Shown: in pieces, positions 10,193 to 20,226 of the stretch
Position numbering within the stretch: the first letter of the stretch is position 1
How the letters are laid out: each line of letters starts with the position of its first letter
NCBI GenBank assembly: GCA_943787795.1
Contig: CALSNU010000001.1
Span: forward strand, 480,001-544,000
Source: an uncultured bacterium
GTDB lineage: Bacteria > Planctomycetota > UBA1135 > GCA-002686595
DNA: 64,000 nucleotides
Reading direction: 5' to 3'
Program-made: the position numbers and the translations under genes
The notes under the pieces: generated by a model
Told to the model about the DNA's origin: nothing
The model's database searches: none
The model's input: only the letters and a program-made list of their open reading frames with translations

Positions 10193-10936
10193 ATGCGTCT
10201 GGTCTCGCTCTGTCCGAGTCTGACCGAGACGCTCTTCGAGATCGGGGCCGGGGCCTCCGTGATCGGGGCGACGAAGTTCTGCGTGGAGCCGCGCTCCATG
10301 CCGGGCGTGGTGCGGATCGGCGGGACGAAAGACCCGAGCGTCGAGCGGATCCTCGAGCTCGAGCCGACCCTCGTCTTTGCGAACCGAGAGGAGAATCGGC
10401 TCGAGGACGTCATGGCCCTGGAGGCTGCCGGGGTGACCGTCCACGCCTCGATGCCGCGTCGAGTCGCGGAGGTGCCGGCGTTGATCCGAGATGTGGGGGA
10501 GGCGGCCGCGTGCGAGGGGCGCGCCGAGAGGGTGGCCGCGGAGGTCGAGCGCGCCCTCGACGAGGCGCGAGCTTCGGCGTGCGAGGCCGAGCCTCGGCGC
10601 TTTGCGGTCCTCGTCTGGCGGCGGCCTTGGATTGCGGCATCGTCGGACACTTTTCTGTCCAATTTGCTGGAGGAGGCGGGCGGTGTGAACGTGCTCGATG
10701 CGGCCGCAGGCCGCTATCCAGAGGTCACCATGGGGGAAGTTGCAAGGTTGGATCCGAACCTGATCTTGCTGCCGAGCGAGCCCTTCCCCTTCGCGCGAAA
10801 GCACGTTGATGAACTTGCAGCCGCGACTCGCGGCAATCCGCTGCGCTTCTTACTCTGCGACGGGCAACTCCTCACCTGGCATGGGTCGAGGACCGCCCAG
10901 GGCCTCCGCGCCGCGCGGCGCTGGCTCGCCCGTTGA
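10193..10936 (+). CDS. Helical-backbone metal/cobalamin-binding protein (BtuF-like)
   Basis: MRLVSLCPSLTETLF, GGTKDP, LPSEPFPF and DGQLLTWHGSR. Confidence 0.85.
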   Translation: MRLVSLCPSLTETLFEIGAGASVIGATKFCVEPRSMPGVVRIGGTKDPSVERILELEPTLVFANREENRLEDVMALEAAGVTVHASMPRRVAEVPALIRDVGEAAACEGRAERVAAEVERALDEARASACEAEPRRFAVLVWRRPWIAASSDTFLSNLLEEAGGVNVLDAAAGRYPEVTMGEVARLDPNLILLPSEPFPFARKHVDELAAATRGNPLRFLLCDGQLLTWHGSRTAQGLRAARRWLAR

Positions 10937-10996
10937 TCCCCCACTTCCCCCTTCATTGACTCACCGGACCCGCGCACAGCCGCGGGCAAGACCGCA

Positions 10997-11782
10997 ATGC
11001 TCGTCCTCCCCCTTGTGCTCGGCTCGGCGCTCGGCGCCGCGACCGCCCTCACTCCCCCCGCCGCTCCGGCGCCCAACGCCTTCATCCTGGCCTCGGCGGC
11101 CTCGCTGCAAGATGAGGTCGCTCCCGAGGACCTCGGCGTCTGGCGCGGTGGGCTCGACGTTGGTCTGACCAAGAGTGAGGGCAACGCCAACAACTCCTCC
11201 TACGCCATCACCGGCAAGGCAGTCCGTGAGATGGGCACCCATCGGTACACGGCAGAGGGGCTCTGGTACTACGCCACCCAGGACGACGCGCGCACCCAGC
11301 GCCGCGCCCTCGGTACGCTGAAGTACGACAAGTTCATCGCCGAGAAGACCTACGTCTACGTCAACGGCCTCGCCGAGACGAACGAGCAGGCGGGGGTCGA
11401 CCTTCGTTGGACGATCGGCGCCGGCCTCGGTGAACAGTGGCGCGACGACGACCAGTGGCGGATCAGCACGGAGCTCGGCGCCGGCTGGTTTGACGAGCGG
11501 TACGAAGACGGCGTCGAAGAGGACTTCCTGGTGATTCGCGGCGCCTGGGATGTGTCGGCGGCGATCAGCGAGACCCTCACCTTCGGGACGGCCGGAGAGG
11601 TCTTCCCGAGCCTCGACGACAAGGACGACATCTACGGTGTCGCGACGACGGACTTCGCGGCGGTGCTGTCCGAGTCGATGGTCGCCAAGCTCCAGTGGGT
11701 CCTGACCTACGACAACACTCCGCAGCCGGGTAACAAGCGCTCGGACAACATCTACCTGCTGACCGTGGGTTGGAAGTTCTGA
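10997..11782 (+). CDS. DUF481-family outer-membrane beta-barrel protein
   Basis: Signal peptide, amphipathic beta strands, GNxN motif, YDNTP and C-terminal VGWKF. Confidence 0.8.
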   Translation: MLVLPLVLGSALGAATALTPPAAPAPNAFILASAASLQDEVAPEDLGVWRGGLDVGLTKSEGNANNSSYAITGKAVREMGTHRYTAEGLWYYATQDDARTQRRALGTLKYDKFIAEKTYVYVNGLAETNEQAGVDLRWTIGAGLGEQWRDDDQWRISTELGAGWFDERYEDGVEEDFLVIRGAWDVSAAISETLTFGTAGEVFPSLDDKDDIYGVATTDFAAVLSESMVAKLQWVLTYDNTPQPGNKRSDNIYLLTVGWKF

Positions 11783-11808
11783 TCGAGCTGGGACTCCCCT
11801 CGAAGGAT

Positions 11809-11844
11809 CGGAGGCCGGTCGCGCTCGTGCGCGACCGGCCTCCG
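11809..11844. terminator. Perfect 16-bp stem-loop between convergent genes; possible bidirectional terminator
   Basis: cggaggccggtcgcgc-tcgt-gcgcgaccggcctccg. There is no clear U-tract. Confidence 0.65.
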
Positions 11845-11917
11845 GTTCATTCCGCTCTCCTCCGATCAGCCCTTAAGAGGACCGCCGCAGCCGCGGCGCG
11901 GTTGCCCGAGACGCCCT

Positions 11918-12865
11918 CTAGAGCCCCTCAGGCATCTGGAAGACCACCGTCTCCCGCTCGCCGTCGAGTTCCCGGGTGCCCTTGACCCCGAGCTCGCCGA
12001 GGCGGTCGAGGATCAGCTGCACGAGCTCTTCGGGGGCCGACGCACCTGCGGTGACGCCCACGGTCGTGGCGCCCTCAACCCACTCCTCCTGGACCTGCTC
12101 GGGGTGGTCGACCAGGTAGGCCGGGAGGCCCCCGCGCTCGCCGAGCTCGCGCAGTCGGTTGGAGTTGGAGGAGTTCTCCGAGCCAACGACGATCAGGACG
12201 TCCACGTCTCCGATCATGTCCTTCACCGCGGTCTGGCGGTTCTGGGTGGCGTAGCAGATGTCCTTCAGGGCGGGTCCCTGGATCGACGGGAAGCGGCTGA
12301 GGAGCGCGTCGATCACGTCCCGCGTGTCATCCACGGAGAGCGTCGTTTGGGTGACGTAGGCGAGGTGGTCGGGGTCCTCGATCTCCAGCGCTGCGACCTC
12401 CTCTGGCGTCGAGAGGACGTGCACCTTGCCCTTGATCCGGCCGCGGGTTCCCTCCACCTCCGGGTGGCCTGGGTGCCCGACCAGGATCACCTCGCGCCCC
12501 TGATCTTCGTAGCGGATCGCCTGTCGGTGAACCTTGGTGACCAGGGGGCACGTCGCGTCGATCACCTCCAGCTTGCGGCCCTCCGCGGCGCCGACCACGG
12601 CGTCCGAGACTCCGTGGGCGCTGAACACCGTGACGGACCCTTCCGGGACCTCATCAAGGGAGGCGACGAAGCGCGCTCCGAGCGACCTCAGCCGCTCGAG
12701 CACATGCTTGTTGTGCACGATCTCGTGCAGGACGAACACGGGCGCGCCGTGGACCTCCAGGGCCCGCTCCACGATCTGGATCGCGCGGTCGACGCCCGCG
12801 CAGAAGCCGCGGGGGTTGGCGAGGACCACCTCCTCGCCTCCGGTGGCGGGGATGTCCTGGCCCAT
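11918..12865 (-). CDS. ispH: 4-hydroxy-3-methylbut-2-enyl diphosphate reductase
   Basis: PRGFCAGV, EIVHN, FSAHG, DATCPLV, QTTLS, DICYATQNRQ and SSNS. ATG at 12865 overlaps the fdx TGA. Confidence 0.97.
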   Translation of the reverse strand: MGQDIPATGGEEVVLANPRGFCAGVDRAIQIVERALEVHGAPVFVLHEIVHNKHVLERLRSLGARFVASLDEVPEGSVTVFSAHGVSDAVVGAAEGRKLEVIDATCPLVTKVHRQAIRYEDQGREVILVGHPGHPEVEGTRGRIKGKVHVLSTPEEVAALEIEDPDHLAYVTQTTLSVDDTRDVIDALLSRFPSIQGPALKDICYATQNRQTAVKDMIGDVDVLIVVGSENSSNSNRLRELGERGGLPAYLVDHPEQVQEEWVEGATTVGVTAGASAPEELVQLILDRLGELGVKGTRELDGERETVVFQMPEGL

Positions 12866-13272
12866 CAGTGGCTCTCTCGGGCGTGGTTGCGGTTCCAGCC
12901 AGGGATCTCCACGACCACGTCGGTCTCTCCGTTGGGGACCGCCTGGCACGCCAGCCTCGAGCTGAGCTCGACGCCCGGAGCCTCATCGAGCATGTCCTCC
13001 TCAGACTCCGAGGCCTCGGGGATCGAATCCACCCCGGCACGGATGATGACGTGGCAGGTCGAGCACGCGCAGACTCCGCCGCATGCGTGGTCGATCTCGA
13101 TGCCGTGGCCATCCGCGATGTCGAGGATTGAGCCCGGACGCCCCTCCCTGGAGAGGGGGAGCTTCGCGGGGTCCACCGAGACCTTCTTGCCCATGGGCAT
13201 GAAGGTGACGGAGTAGCTCTTTTCGGGGAGCGAGGTTTCGACCTGCTCCTGGTAGGGGTTGATGCCGCCCAT
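12865..13272 (-). CDS. fdx: 2Fe-2S ferredoxin (ISC/adrenodoxin type)
   Basis: HACGGVCACSTCH...SRLACQ. Confidence 0.93.
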   Translation of the reverse strand: MGGINPYQEQVETSLPEKSYSVTFMPMGKKVSVDPAKLPLSREGRPGSILDIADGHGIEIDHACGGVCACSTCHVIIRAGVDSIPEASESEEDMLDEAPGVELSSRLACQAVPNGETDVVVEIPGWNRNHARESH

Positions 13273-13328
13273 GTCCTGGATGGGGCAGCCCGGTCAGGGC
13301 TGCCCGCGCTCTCGTTTCTTCGTCGGGG

Positions 13329-15572
13329 TCAGATGCCTGCGCCAAAGCCCCCGCTCGGGGTGCTCTTCGGCTCGGGGTCAGGCTTGGGTTGTGTCTTGGG
13401 TCGACGATCGTCTCCCCTGGCGCCGCTCTTGGGACGACCTTCGGCCTCTTTCTCGGGGGAATCTGAGCCTCCCTTGCGGCCGCTGCTGCGGCGCCGGCGA
13501 GGCTGGCGTTCCCCGTCGCCGTCGTCCTTGGTCCTGGCCTCCTCGGCCAGGCCGAGTCCGAACCCGGACCCGCTGGGTGCGGGCTTGGCGGGCGCGGGCT
13601 CGCTGGGAGCGGCCTTGGGGCGCGCGTCCCCATCGGAATCGGGCCTCCGCGCGGAGGCGCGCCTGGGCTTCGTGGGGGCGGAGTCCCGCTCCTCGGATCG
13701 CTCCTCGCGGGGTGAGCGGTCGTCGCGATCCCGGCGGCGCCGGCCACGCCGGGGTCGGTCGTCACCGTCGGAACTCGCGCTCGAGGCCCTGGGGGCGTCC
13801 TGCTCGATCTCGCGGCCCCTCTCTTGGCTGCGCTCCTCGCGAGCATTCTGGGTCGACTCATGGGTCGACTCATGGGTCGACTCCTCGGACCGCTCTCGGC
13901 GGCGACGACGGGGCCGCCGGGGCTTGTCATCCTCTGCGCGGTCACCCTCTGCGCGGGCACCCTCTGCGCGGGCACCCTCGGGTCGGCTCTGTCGGGGCCG
14001 GTCCTGGTCGGATCGCCCGCTGTCAGCTGGATTGCGCTCAGTTCGCCGGCCGTCAGATCGCCGGCCGTCAGACCGACTGCCTTCAGACCGATCCCGCTCG
14101 GATCGGTCACGATCCGCGGGCGCCTCATGGGCCTCCTCCGACTCCTTCGGGCGCCGCTCGCCCCGTCCGCTGTCGCGGCCCCGTCGGCGGCGCGGCCGCT
14201 CCTGGGTCTCCGCGGGGGCGTCCGTCGATTCGGGCTCCTCGACCTCGGTTGAGGCCTCCTCTCCCTTGGCCGCGTCGCGGAGGCGCCGCTGCTCGATGGA
14301 GTAGAGCTCCCGGGGGCGCTTCAGCTCGGTCAGGTCGAAGCCGGACTGGCGCTGGAGGTTGTCCCAGTCTCGCTCGTTGCGTCGCGAGACAAAGGTCACC
14401 GCCACGCCGTGCGCGCCTGCCCGGCCCGTGCGGCCGATCCGGTGGGTGTAATCCGAGACGTCGCGGGGGACGCCGAGGTTGACCACGTGGGTGACGTGCT
14501 TCACGTCGAGCCCGCGGGAGGCCACGTCCGTGGCCACGAGGCACTTGACCTCGCCGGTCCGGAACGCACCCATCACCCGGAAGCGGGCCGCCTGGTCGTA
14601 GCCGCCGTGGAGCGCCTTGACGGAGAACCTGCGGCGTTCGAGCTTGCGCATGAGCTGGTCCACGTCGGTCCTGCGCTCGCAGAACACCAGGAAGACGTCG
14701 TCCTCCGCAGAGTCCTCGATGAGGTGCCCGAGTTCGCGGGCGCGATCCTCTTCGCCGCAGCGCAGGAAGTACTGGTTGATGTTGTCCACGGTGGACACGC
14801 CACTCGCGGTCGCAATCTCCACGGGGTCGGTGGTGTATCCACGCGCCAGCTCCAGCAGCGGCGTCGGGAACGTCGCAGAGAACAGCAGCGTTTGCCGGTA
14901 CTCGTTGCAGGCGTCGAGGATCTTCTTCACGTCGTCGATGAAGCCGATCTCGAGCATCTTGTCCGCCTCGTCGAGGATGGCGAACTCGGTCCAGGGGAAC
15001 TGCAGGAAGCGTTGGTTCAAGAGGTCGAGCACGCGACCCGGCGTCCCGACCACCACCTGAGCGCCGGCCTGGAGCGCGCGGACCTGGGGGCCCATCTGCT
15101 CGCCGCCGACGATCAGCGTGGTCTTGATACCGCTCGCGGCGCCGAGCTCCTTGAGCACGTCGTGCACCTGCTCGGCGAGCTCCCGGGTGGGGGAGAGCAC
15201 GAGCCCGAGGACCGTCGAGCGGCTCGGGTCGATCTTGGACATCATCGGGGCGCCGAAGGCCAGGGTCTTGCCTGTGCCGGTCTCGGCCTTGGCGATGACG
15301 TCCTTGCCCTGCATGACGGGCTCGATGGCCAGGGCCTGGATCGGCGTGGGCTTGGTGATGCCCATCCCCTTGATCGCGCTCTGGATGTTCTCCGCGAGGC
15401 TGAACTCCTCGAACGACTCGATGTCGGGCGGCTCGAGGGTCGGGGTGAGGGGGGTGATGTTCTTGTTCGTCTTGGGGGCCGCATCACGGCCCGAGCTACG
15501 GCGGGGGGTCGATCCCCTGCGGCCGGAGCGTCGCGAGCGGCTCTGTCCGCCCGCGCGTCGTTGATCAGTCAT
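13329..15572 (-). CDS. DEAD-box RNA helicase with a long charged C-terminal tail
   Basis: Q motif (PTPIQ), AETGTGKT, PTRELA, DEAD, SAT and HRIGRTGR. Confidence 0.95.
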   Translation of the reverse strand: MTDQRRAGGQSRSRRSGRRGSTPRRSSGRDAAPKTNKNITPLTPTLEPPDIESFEEFSLAENIQSAIKGMGITKPTPIQALAIEPVMQGKDVIAKAETGTGKTLAFGAPMMSKIDPSRSTVLGLVLSPTRELAEQVHDVLKELGAASGIKTTLIVGGEQMGPQVRALQAGAQVVVGTPGRVLDLLNQRFLQFPWTEFAILDEADKMLEIGFIDDVKKILDACNEYRQTLLFSATFPTPLLELARGYTTDPVEIATASGVSTVDNINQYFLRCGEEDRARELGHLIEDSAEDDVFLVFCERRTDVDQLMRKLERRRFSVKALHGGYDQAARFRVMGAFRTGEVKCLVATDVASRGLDVKHVTHVVNLGVPRDVSDYTHRIGRTGRAGAHGVAVTFVSRRNERDWDNLQRQSGFDLTELKRPRELYSIEQRRLRDAAKGEEASTEVEEPESTDAPAETQERPRRRRGRDSGRGERRPKESEEAHEAPADRDRSERDRSEGSRSDGRRSDGRRTERNPADSGRSDQDRPRQSRPEGARAEGARAEGDRAEDDKPRRPRRRRRERSEESTHESTHESTQNAREERSQERGREIEQDAPRASSASSDGDDRPRRGRRRRDRDDRSPREERSEERDSAPTKPRRASARRPDSDGDARPKAAPSEPAPAKPAPSGSGFGLGLAEEARTKDDGDGERQPRRRRSSGRKGGSDSPEKEAEGRPKSGARGDDRRPKTQPKPDPEPKSTPSGGFGAGI

Positions 15573-16171
15573 TCGTTGGTTGTCGATTGGAGTCCCGCGT
15601 CGGCGGGTGGGCAGTTGAATCCCGCGGGCATGTTTCGCCCCGGGCTGCCCGGCGTCGCTCTGTCTTCAGGACGGGTGTCGTCCCGGCGCGTATTGAGGGA
15701 GGGCCGCTTTGGGTTCGCAGGGCCATCCTTGTCAGCCGCAGAAGTGCGGTGGGGTTGCATCGTCGACGGTTTCGTTCTCGTCCCGTCGAGGGCCGCTCGC
15801 GCCGGAGCTACGCCATTGTTGGTGGGGAGGGTAAGCCCTTGTTGGCTCCCAGCCCTCCCTCGGCATCGAGATTCTCGCCCGATTCCTTGAGCGATACTGC
15901 GTCTAGCGGGCCTCCAGCGGCGTCCGAGCCGACCCGCCTCACGAACCTACGGCTGAGCGCGGCGCCGCCCGATTCGGGCGCTCCCCGGGCCTCCGAGATC
16001 TCACGGGCGGGGGGTAGACTCCGGGCGGGTCCAGGCTCGCGCCCCGTCCCTGGCCGCACCCCCTACCTGCCCGCGCCCCATACATGCCCGTGACCCGTCG
16101 TCCCCCGCGCTTGGGGCCGGGGATGCCGGCCCCTCACCCGTCAATGGCCCCCTGCTCTCAGGAGACCCCCC

Positions 16172-16936
16172 TTGGACATCGTCAGCTGGAACGTCAACTC
16201 TCTCCGGGCCCGCATGCCCCGCGTGCTCGAGTTCCTCGAGCGGGCTGACCCGGACGTGGTCTGCCTCCAGGAGACCAAGGTCGTGGACGAGCTCTTCCCC
16301 CGGGAGACGCTGGAGGAGGCGGGCTACCACGTCGCCTTCCACGGTCAGAAGACCTACAACGGCGTCGCGATCCTCTCGAAGACGCCCATCGAGCAGGTGG
16401 TGATGGGCATCCCTGGTACGGATCACCCCGAGGCCAGGGTCATCGCGGCGGTGGTGGAGGACGTCATGCTCCTCGACCTGTACGTCGTGAACGGCAAGGA
16501 GGTCGGCTGTGACAAGTACGACTACAAGCTCAAGTGGATGAAGGACGTGGCCGCTTACGTGAGGGAGCAGTTCCCCATGGATGAGCGCGTGGTCGTGACG
16601 GGCGACTTCAACGTGACCTTCGATGACCGGGACGTGTACGACCCGGAGAAGTGGCGCGACCGGATCCTCTGCAGCGTGCCCGAACGTGAGGCCCTGGCGG
16701 AGATCATGGCTCCCGGGCTCGAGGACGCCCTTCGCAAGCACAACGATGAGGCCGGGGTCTACACCTGGTGGGACTTTCGCACCTTTGGCTTCAAGCGCGG
16801 GAACGGGCTCCGGATCGACCACTTCCTCCTCTCGCCACCCGCCTACGAGGCCTGCACGGGAGTGGAGGTCGACCTCGAGGCACGGGGGGGGGAGAAGCCC
16901 AGCGATCACGCGCCCGTGATTTGCACGATCTCATGA
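16172..16936 (+). CDS. xth: Exodeoxyribonuclease III / AP endonuclease
   Basis: SWNVNS, LQETK, GDFN, YTWWD, RID and PSDHAP. TTG start after AGGAG. Confidence 0.95.
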   Translation: MDIVSWNVNSLRARMPRVLEFLERADPDVVCLQETKVVDELFPRETLEEAGYHVAFHGQKTYNGVAILSKTPIEQVVMGIPGTDHPEARVIAAVVEDVMLLDLYVVNGKEVGCDKYDYKLKWMKDVAAYVREQFPMDERVVVTGDFNVTFDDRDVYDPEKWRDRILCSVPEREALAEIMAPGLEDALRKHNDEAGVYTWWDFRTFGFKRGNGLRIDHFLLSPPAYEACTGVEVDLEARGGEKPSDHAPVICTIS

Positions 16937-17084
16937 GTGGCCGCTGAGGGGGTCGGGGGGCGGGAAGGGCTCGCTGTGAGGAGACTTCTTTCTCGCTGGG
17001 GGAAGGATCCAGCGACCGCTGCATATGCTCAGGCGGCACGCTAGCCGATAAATTCGACTAGCCGCAGCGCGGCCGCCCCACCCC

Positions 17085-18695
17085 ATGCCTGACGTTCGTG
17101 ACCTCCCCTTCGATCAGTACCAGCGCTACGAGCTGGTGCGGGCGCTGCTGGAGAGCGTGAGGGCAGACGGCGAGCGCTTCCGCATCCTGGATGTGGGGGG
17201 GCGAACCGCGCTCCTCCGGGAATTCCTGCCGCTGGATCAGGTCGAGCTGGTCGACGTGGTCCCCTCGGCTGTCGAGGGGCTCGTGCTTGGGAGCGGCGCA
17301 GAGCTGCCGTTCCTGGACGGCACCTTCGACGCGGTCTGTGCCTTCGACACGCTCGAGCACGTCCCGCCGCCGTTGAGGGACGACTTCGTCCGGGAGTGTG
17401 CGAGGGTCGCCGGCCGCTATGTGATCCTCGCGGGTCCCTATGACTCGCCGCGGGTCGCTGAGGCCGAGGAGACGCTCCTCGACTTCCTCCGAGCGCGCCT
17501 GAACTGGGAGCATCAGTACCTGCTCGAGCACCGTGAGAACGGGCTGCCGTCCATGCCAGCCGCGCTCGAGATCTTCGAGCAGGCCGGTGCGCGGACCTCG
17601 ACGGTCGGGCACGGCGAGCTCAGCCGCTGGCTCGCCCTCATGTGCGTGGAGCTGTACATCGAGCACGAGACCCTGCTCAGGGACTTCGCCGGGCAGCTCT
17701 ACCGCTTCTACAACGAACACCTGTTCCCCTTCGATCACGGGGACGAGGTCTACCGGCACGCGGTCATCGCTGCCTTCGGGGACGCGCCCATGCCCTCCCC
17801 AGAGGCGGCGCTCGGGCAGGCCTCATCCTCGCTGGACGCCGCGGATAACGCGCTCGTTGAGGCGGGGCGTGAGCTGCTCCGGTACGACAGCCTCCGGGAC
17901 ACTTACCTGCCGGAGATGGAGCGCTTGCACGGTGTGGTGGCCTCGCTGGAGAAGGACCTTGATGGTCACCGCCGCGAGGCTGCTGACCTCACCGCTGACC
18001 TTGCCGGCCACGCCGAGACCGTCGAGGCGCTCCGGGAAGAGCGCCGGGCTGGACGTCGCGATGCCGAACTCGAGCGCGCGACCTTCGAGGCGGAACGCCT
18101 CGACGTTCAGGCGGTGCTGGCCCACAAGGATGAGCGTATCGGGGCGTTGACCGCCGACCTCGAGGGGCACCGCACGAGCCTGGCGGAGCTGGAGCGCCTT
18201 CGTACGCAGGAGCTCACGGAGTTGGAGGCCCGCGGGGCGCGGCTTGATGAGGTCAACCGGGAGCTCTCCGCGCAGAACGAGATCGTGGCCAAGGCCCATC
18301 AGCAGCTCGAGGAGACGGTCCGGCGCATCGAGGAGTTCGTGAAGCAGGAGGCCCGCGTCCGCGGCGCGGTCCGGCTCGCAGATGACTGCGCCGAGACCCT
18401 CAACGAGCGGCTGGACCGAGGCCGGGGGCGGGACCTCTCTCTTGAGGAGGAGATCGAGATCATCATCGGAGCCCGTGACCTGCGGCTCGCCGAGCGGAAC
18501 GAGGCCCAGGCGGAGGTCGAGCGCATGTCCGCCGCCCTCGAGCAAGCGGACGCCTCGATCGAGGCGCTCGAGGGCAACCTCGGGGAGGCGAACGCCGAGC
18601 TAGAGCTGCTTCAGGCGGAGTCCCAGCGTCTCTGGAACCGCGTGGGGCGCTCGGTGCTCCTGCGCTGGCTGACAGGCGCGCGCAAGCTCGGCTGA
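17085..18695 (+). CDS. SAM-dependent methyltransferase fused to a long coiled coil (WbdD-like glycan terminator candidate)
   Basis: ILDVGG motif I, LPFLDGTFDAVCAFDTLEH, a heptad-rich Glu/Ala/Leu/Arg C-terminal half and a basic amphipathic C-terminus. Adjacent to wzt/wzm. Confidence 0.75.
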   Translation: MPDVRDLPFDQYQRYELVRALLESVRADGERFRILDVGGRTALLREFLPLDQVELVDVVPSAVEGLVLGSGAELPFLDGTFDAVCAFDTLEHVPPPLRDDFVRECARVAGRYVILAGPYDSPRVAEAEETLLDFLRARLNWEHQYLLEHRENGLPSMPAALEIFEQAGARTSTVGHGELSRWLALMCVELYIEHETLLRDFAGQLYRFYNEHLFPFDHGDEVYRHAVIAAFGDAPMPSPEAALGQASSSLDAADNALVEAGRELLRYDSLRDTYLPEMERLHGVVASLEKDLDGHRREAADLTADLAGHAETVEALREERRAGRRDAELERATFEAERLDVQAVLAHKDERIGALTADLEGHRTSLAELERLRTQELTELEARGARLDEVNRELSAQNEIVAKAHQQLEETVRRIEEFVKQEARVRGAVRLADDCAETLNERLDRGRGRDLSLEEEIEIIIGARDLRLAERNEAQAEVERMSAALEQADASIEALEGNLGEANAELELLQAESQRLWNRVGRSVLLRWLTGARKLG

Positions 18696-18734
18696 GAGTC
18701 CGCCGGCTGAGAGTCCGCCGGCTGAGAGTCTGCT
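18690..18734. repeat. 15-bp tandem repeat x3 that includes the stop codon
   Basis: ggctgagagtccgcc twice, then ggctgagagtctgct. Confidence 0.85.
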
Positions 18735-18795
18735 GGCCGGGCCGGGGCTGCTCTTGGCTGAAGCCGGACGCTGCCCGACCCCTCAGCCTTCATTT

Positions 18796-18868
18796 GGCGC
18801 GGGCTCCATTCGGCGCGGGCTCCAGTTGGCTCGGGCTCCAGGGGGCTCGGGCTCCAGGGGGCGCGGGG
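18796..18868. repeat. 16-bp degenerate tandem repeat, about 4.5 copies
   Basis: ggcgcgggctccattc / ggcgcgggctccagtt / ggctcgggctccaggg x2 / ggcgcgggg. Confidence 0.85.
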
Positions 18869-18884
18869 GACGCGCTGAAGGGGA

Positions 18885-20189
18885 TCAGTCCCGGGAGACC
18901 TTCGGGTCGGCGCCGTCCATGGCCACCGACCACTGTGTCGGCAGGAACAGCAGCCCGTGCTGGAGGTGGTTCGCGTCGTGGACCTCGAAGGTCGCCGCGT
19001 GCTCGCGGTGATCGATGGGGGTGGGGGCCGCCTTGTCGTGGTCGTAGACGAAGACCGTCAGGTAGTAGCCGCCCTGGAGAAGGGGGAGGCTCTCAAAGGC
19101 CATCTCCACGCGACCCTTGGTGCCCGCCTTGACGTCGCCGAGCTCGATGGGCTCGTTGCGCCAGAGGTGGTTGCTGCCGTTCACGTACGTCCCGTCCGAG
19201 CGGTAGACGCCGAGGCCGAAGACCGGCTCGTGGCAGTCTTCGGTGGCCTCGAAGTCGATCTTGACGCGGAAGGGGGAGCCTGGCTGGAAGACGTTGGTGG
19301 CCTCGCCGCTCCCGTTGGAGAGCTCGACCTTGCCGGTCCGGATCTCGCCCGAGCCCCACCGCGGATAGGCGTCGAGCTGGCGATTGATGGCGGACATCCG
19401 CTCGTTGCCCCGGGCGTGGGCGCGCTTGAGGTACTCGTCGGCGACCTCCTCGGCCGTGCCCTGTTCAAGAACGCGTCCCTCGTGCATGAGGACGACGTGC
19501 TTGCACATGGACTTCACCGAGCCCATGTCGTGGGACACGAAGAGCGTCGTCTTGCCCTGCTCCTGGAATTCGTTCAGCCGGTTGATGCACTTGCCCTTGA
19601 AGTGCTCGTCGCCCACCGAGAGTGCCTCATCGATGATGAGGATCTCGGGATCCACGGTCGTCGCGACGGAGAACCCCAGGCGCACGTGCATTCCCGAGCT
19701 GTAGGTCTTCACGGGGCGGTCGATGAACTCACCCAGCTCTGAGAACTCCACGATGTCGTTGAAGCGCTCTTCGGTCTCCTCCTCGGTCATCCCGAGGATG
19801 GAGCAGTTCAGGCGGATGTTCTCCCGGCCGGAGAACTCGGGGTGAAACCCCGCGCCGAGCTCGAGCAGCGAGGCGATCCGCCCGCGCGTGAGAATCTCAC
19901 CGCCGGTGGGCTGAGTGATCCCTGTGAGGAGCTTGAGGAGCGTGCTCTTGCCGGCGCCGTTCTCGCCGATGATGCCAACCGTCGAGCCCTTGGGGATGTC
20001 CAGGTAGACGTCGCGGACAGCCCAAAACTCGCGCCCGCGTGGACCCCCGGGCAGCATGAGGTCCCACAGCCGGTGGACCGGCTTGTCGTACATGCGGTAC
20101 GCCTTGCTGACGCCGCGCGCGACGATGGCGGAGCCGCCCATGGCGTTCGTGGAGGGCTGTGCCGCGCTGGGGTTGCTGCTGTCGTACAT
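18885..20189 (-). CDS. wzt: Polysaccharide ABC exporter ATPase with a C-terminal Wzt_C-type domain
   Basis: GENGAGKST, LELGAGFHPE, YSSGM and IIDEALSVGD. C-terminal domain RWGSGE...FGLGVYRSDG...LPLLQGGYY. Confidence 0.92.
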   Translation of the reverse strand: MYDSSNPSAAQPSTNAMGGSAIVARGVSKAYRMYDKPVHRLWDLMLPGGPRGREFWAVRDVYLDIPKGSTVGIIGENGAGKSTLLKLLTGITQPTGGEILTRGRIASLLELGAGFHPEFSGRENIRLNCSILGMTEEETEERFNDIVEFSELGEFIDRPVKTYSSGMHVRLGFSVATTVDPEILIIDEALSVGDEHFKGKCINRLNEFQEQGKTTLFVSHDMGSVKSMCKHVVLMHEGRVLEQGTAEEVADEYLKRAHARGNERMSAINRQLDAYPRWGSGEIRTGKVELSNGSGEATNVFQPGSPFRVKIDFEATEDCHEPVFGLGVYRSDGTYVNGSNHLWRNEPIELGDVKAGTKGRVEMAFESLPLLQGGYYLTVFVYDHDKAAPTPIDHREHAATFEVHDANHLQHGLLFLPTQWSVAMDGADPKVSRD

Positions 20190-20226
20190 GGGGGGGACTT
20201 CTCTGTGGGGACCGCCGAGGGCAGCC

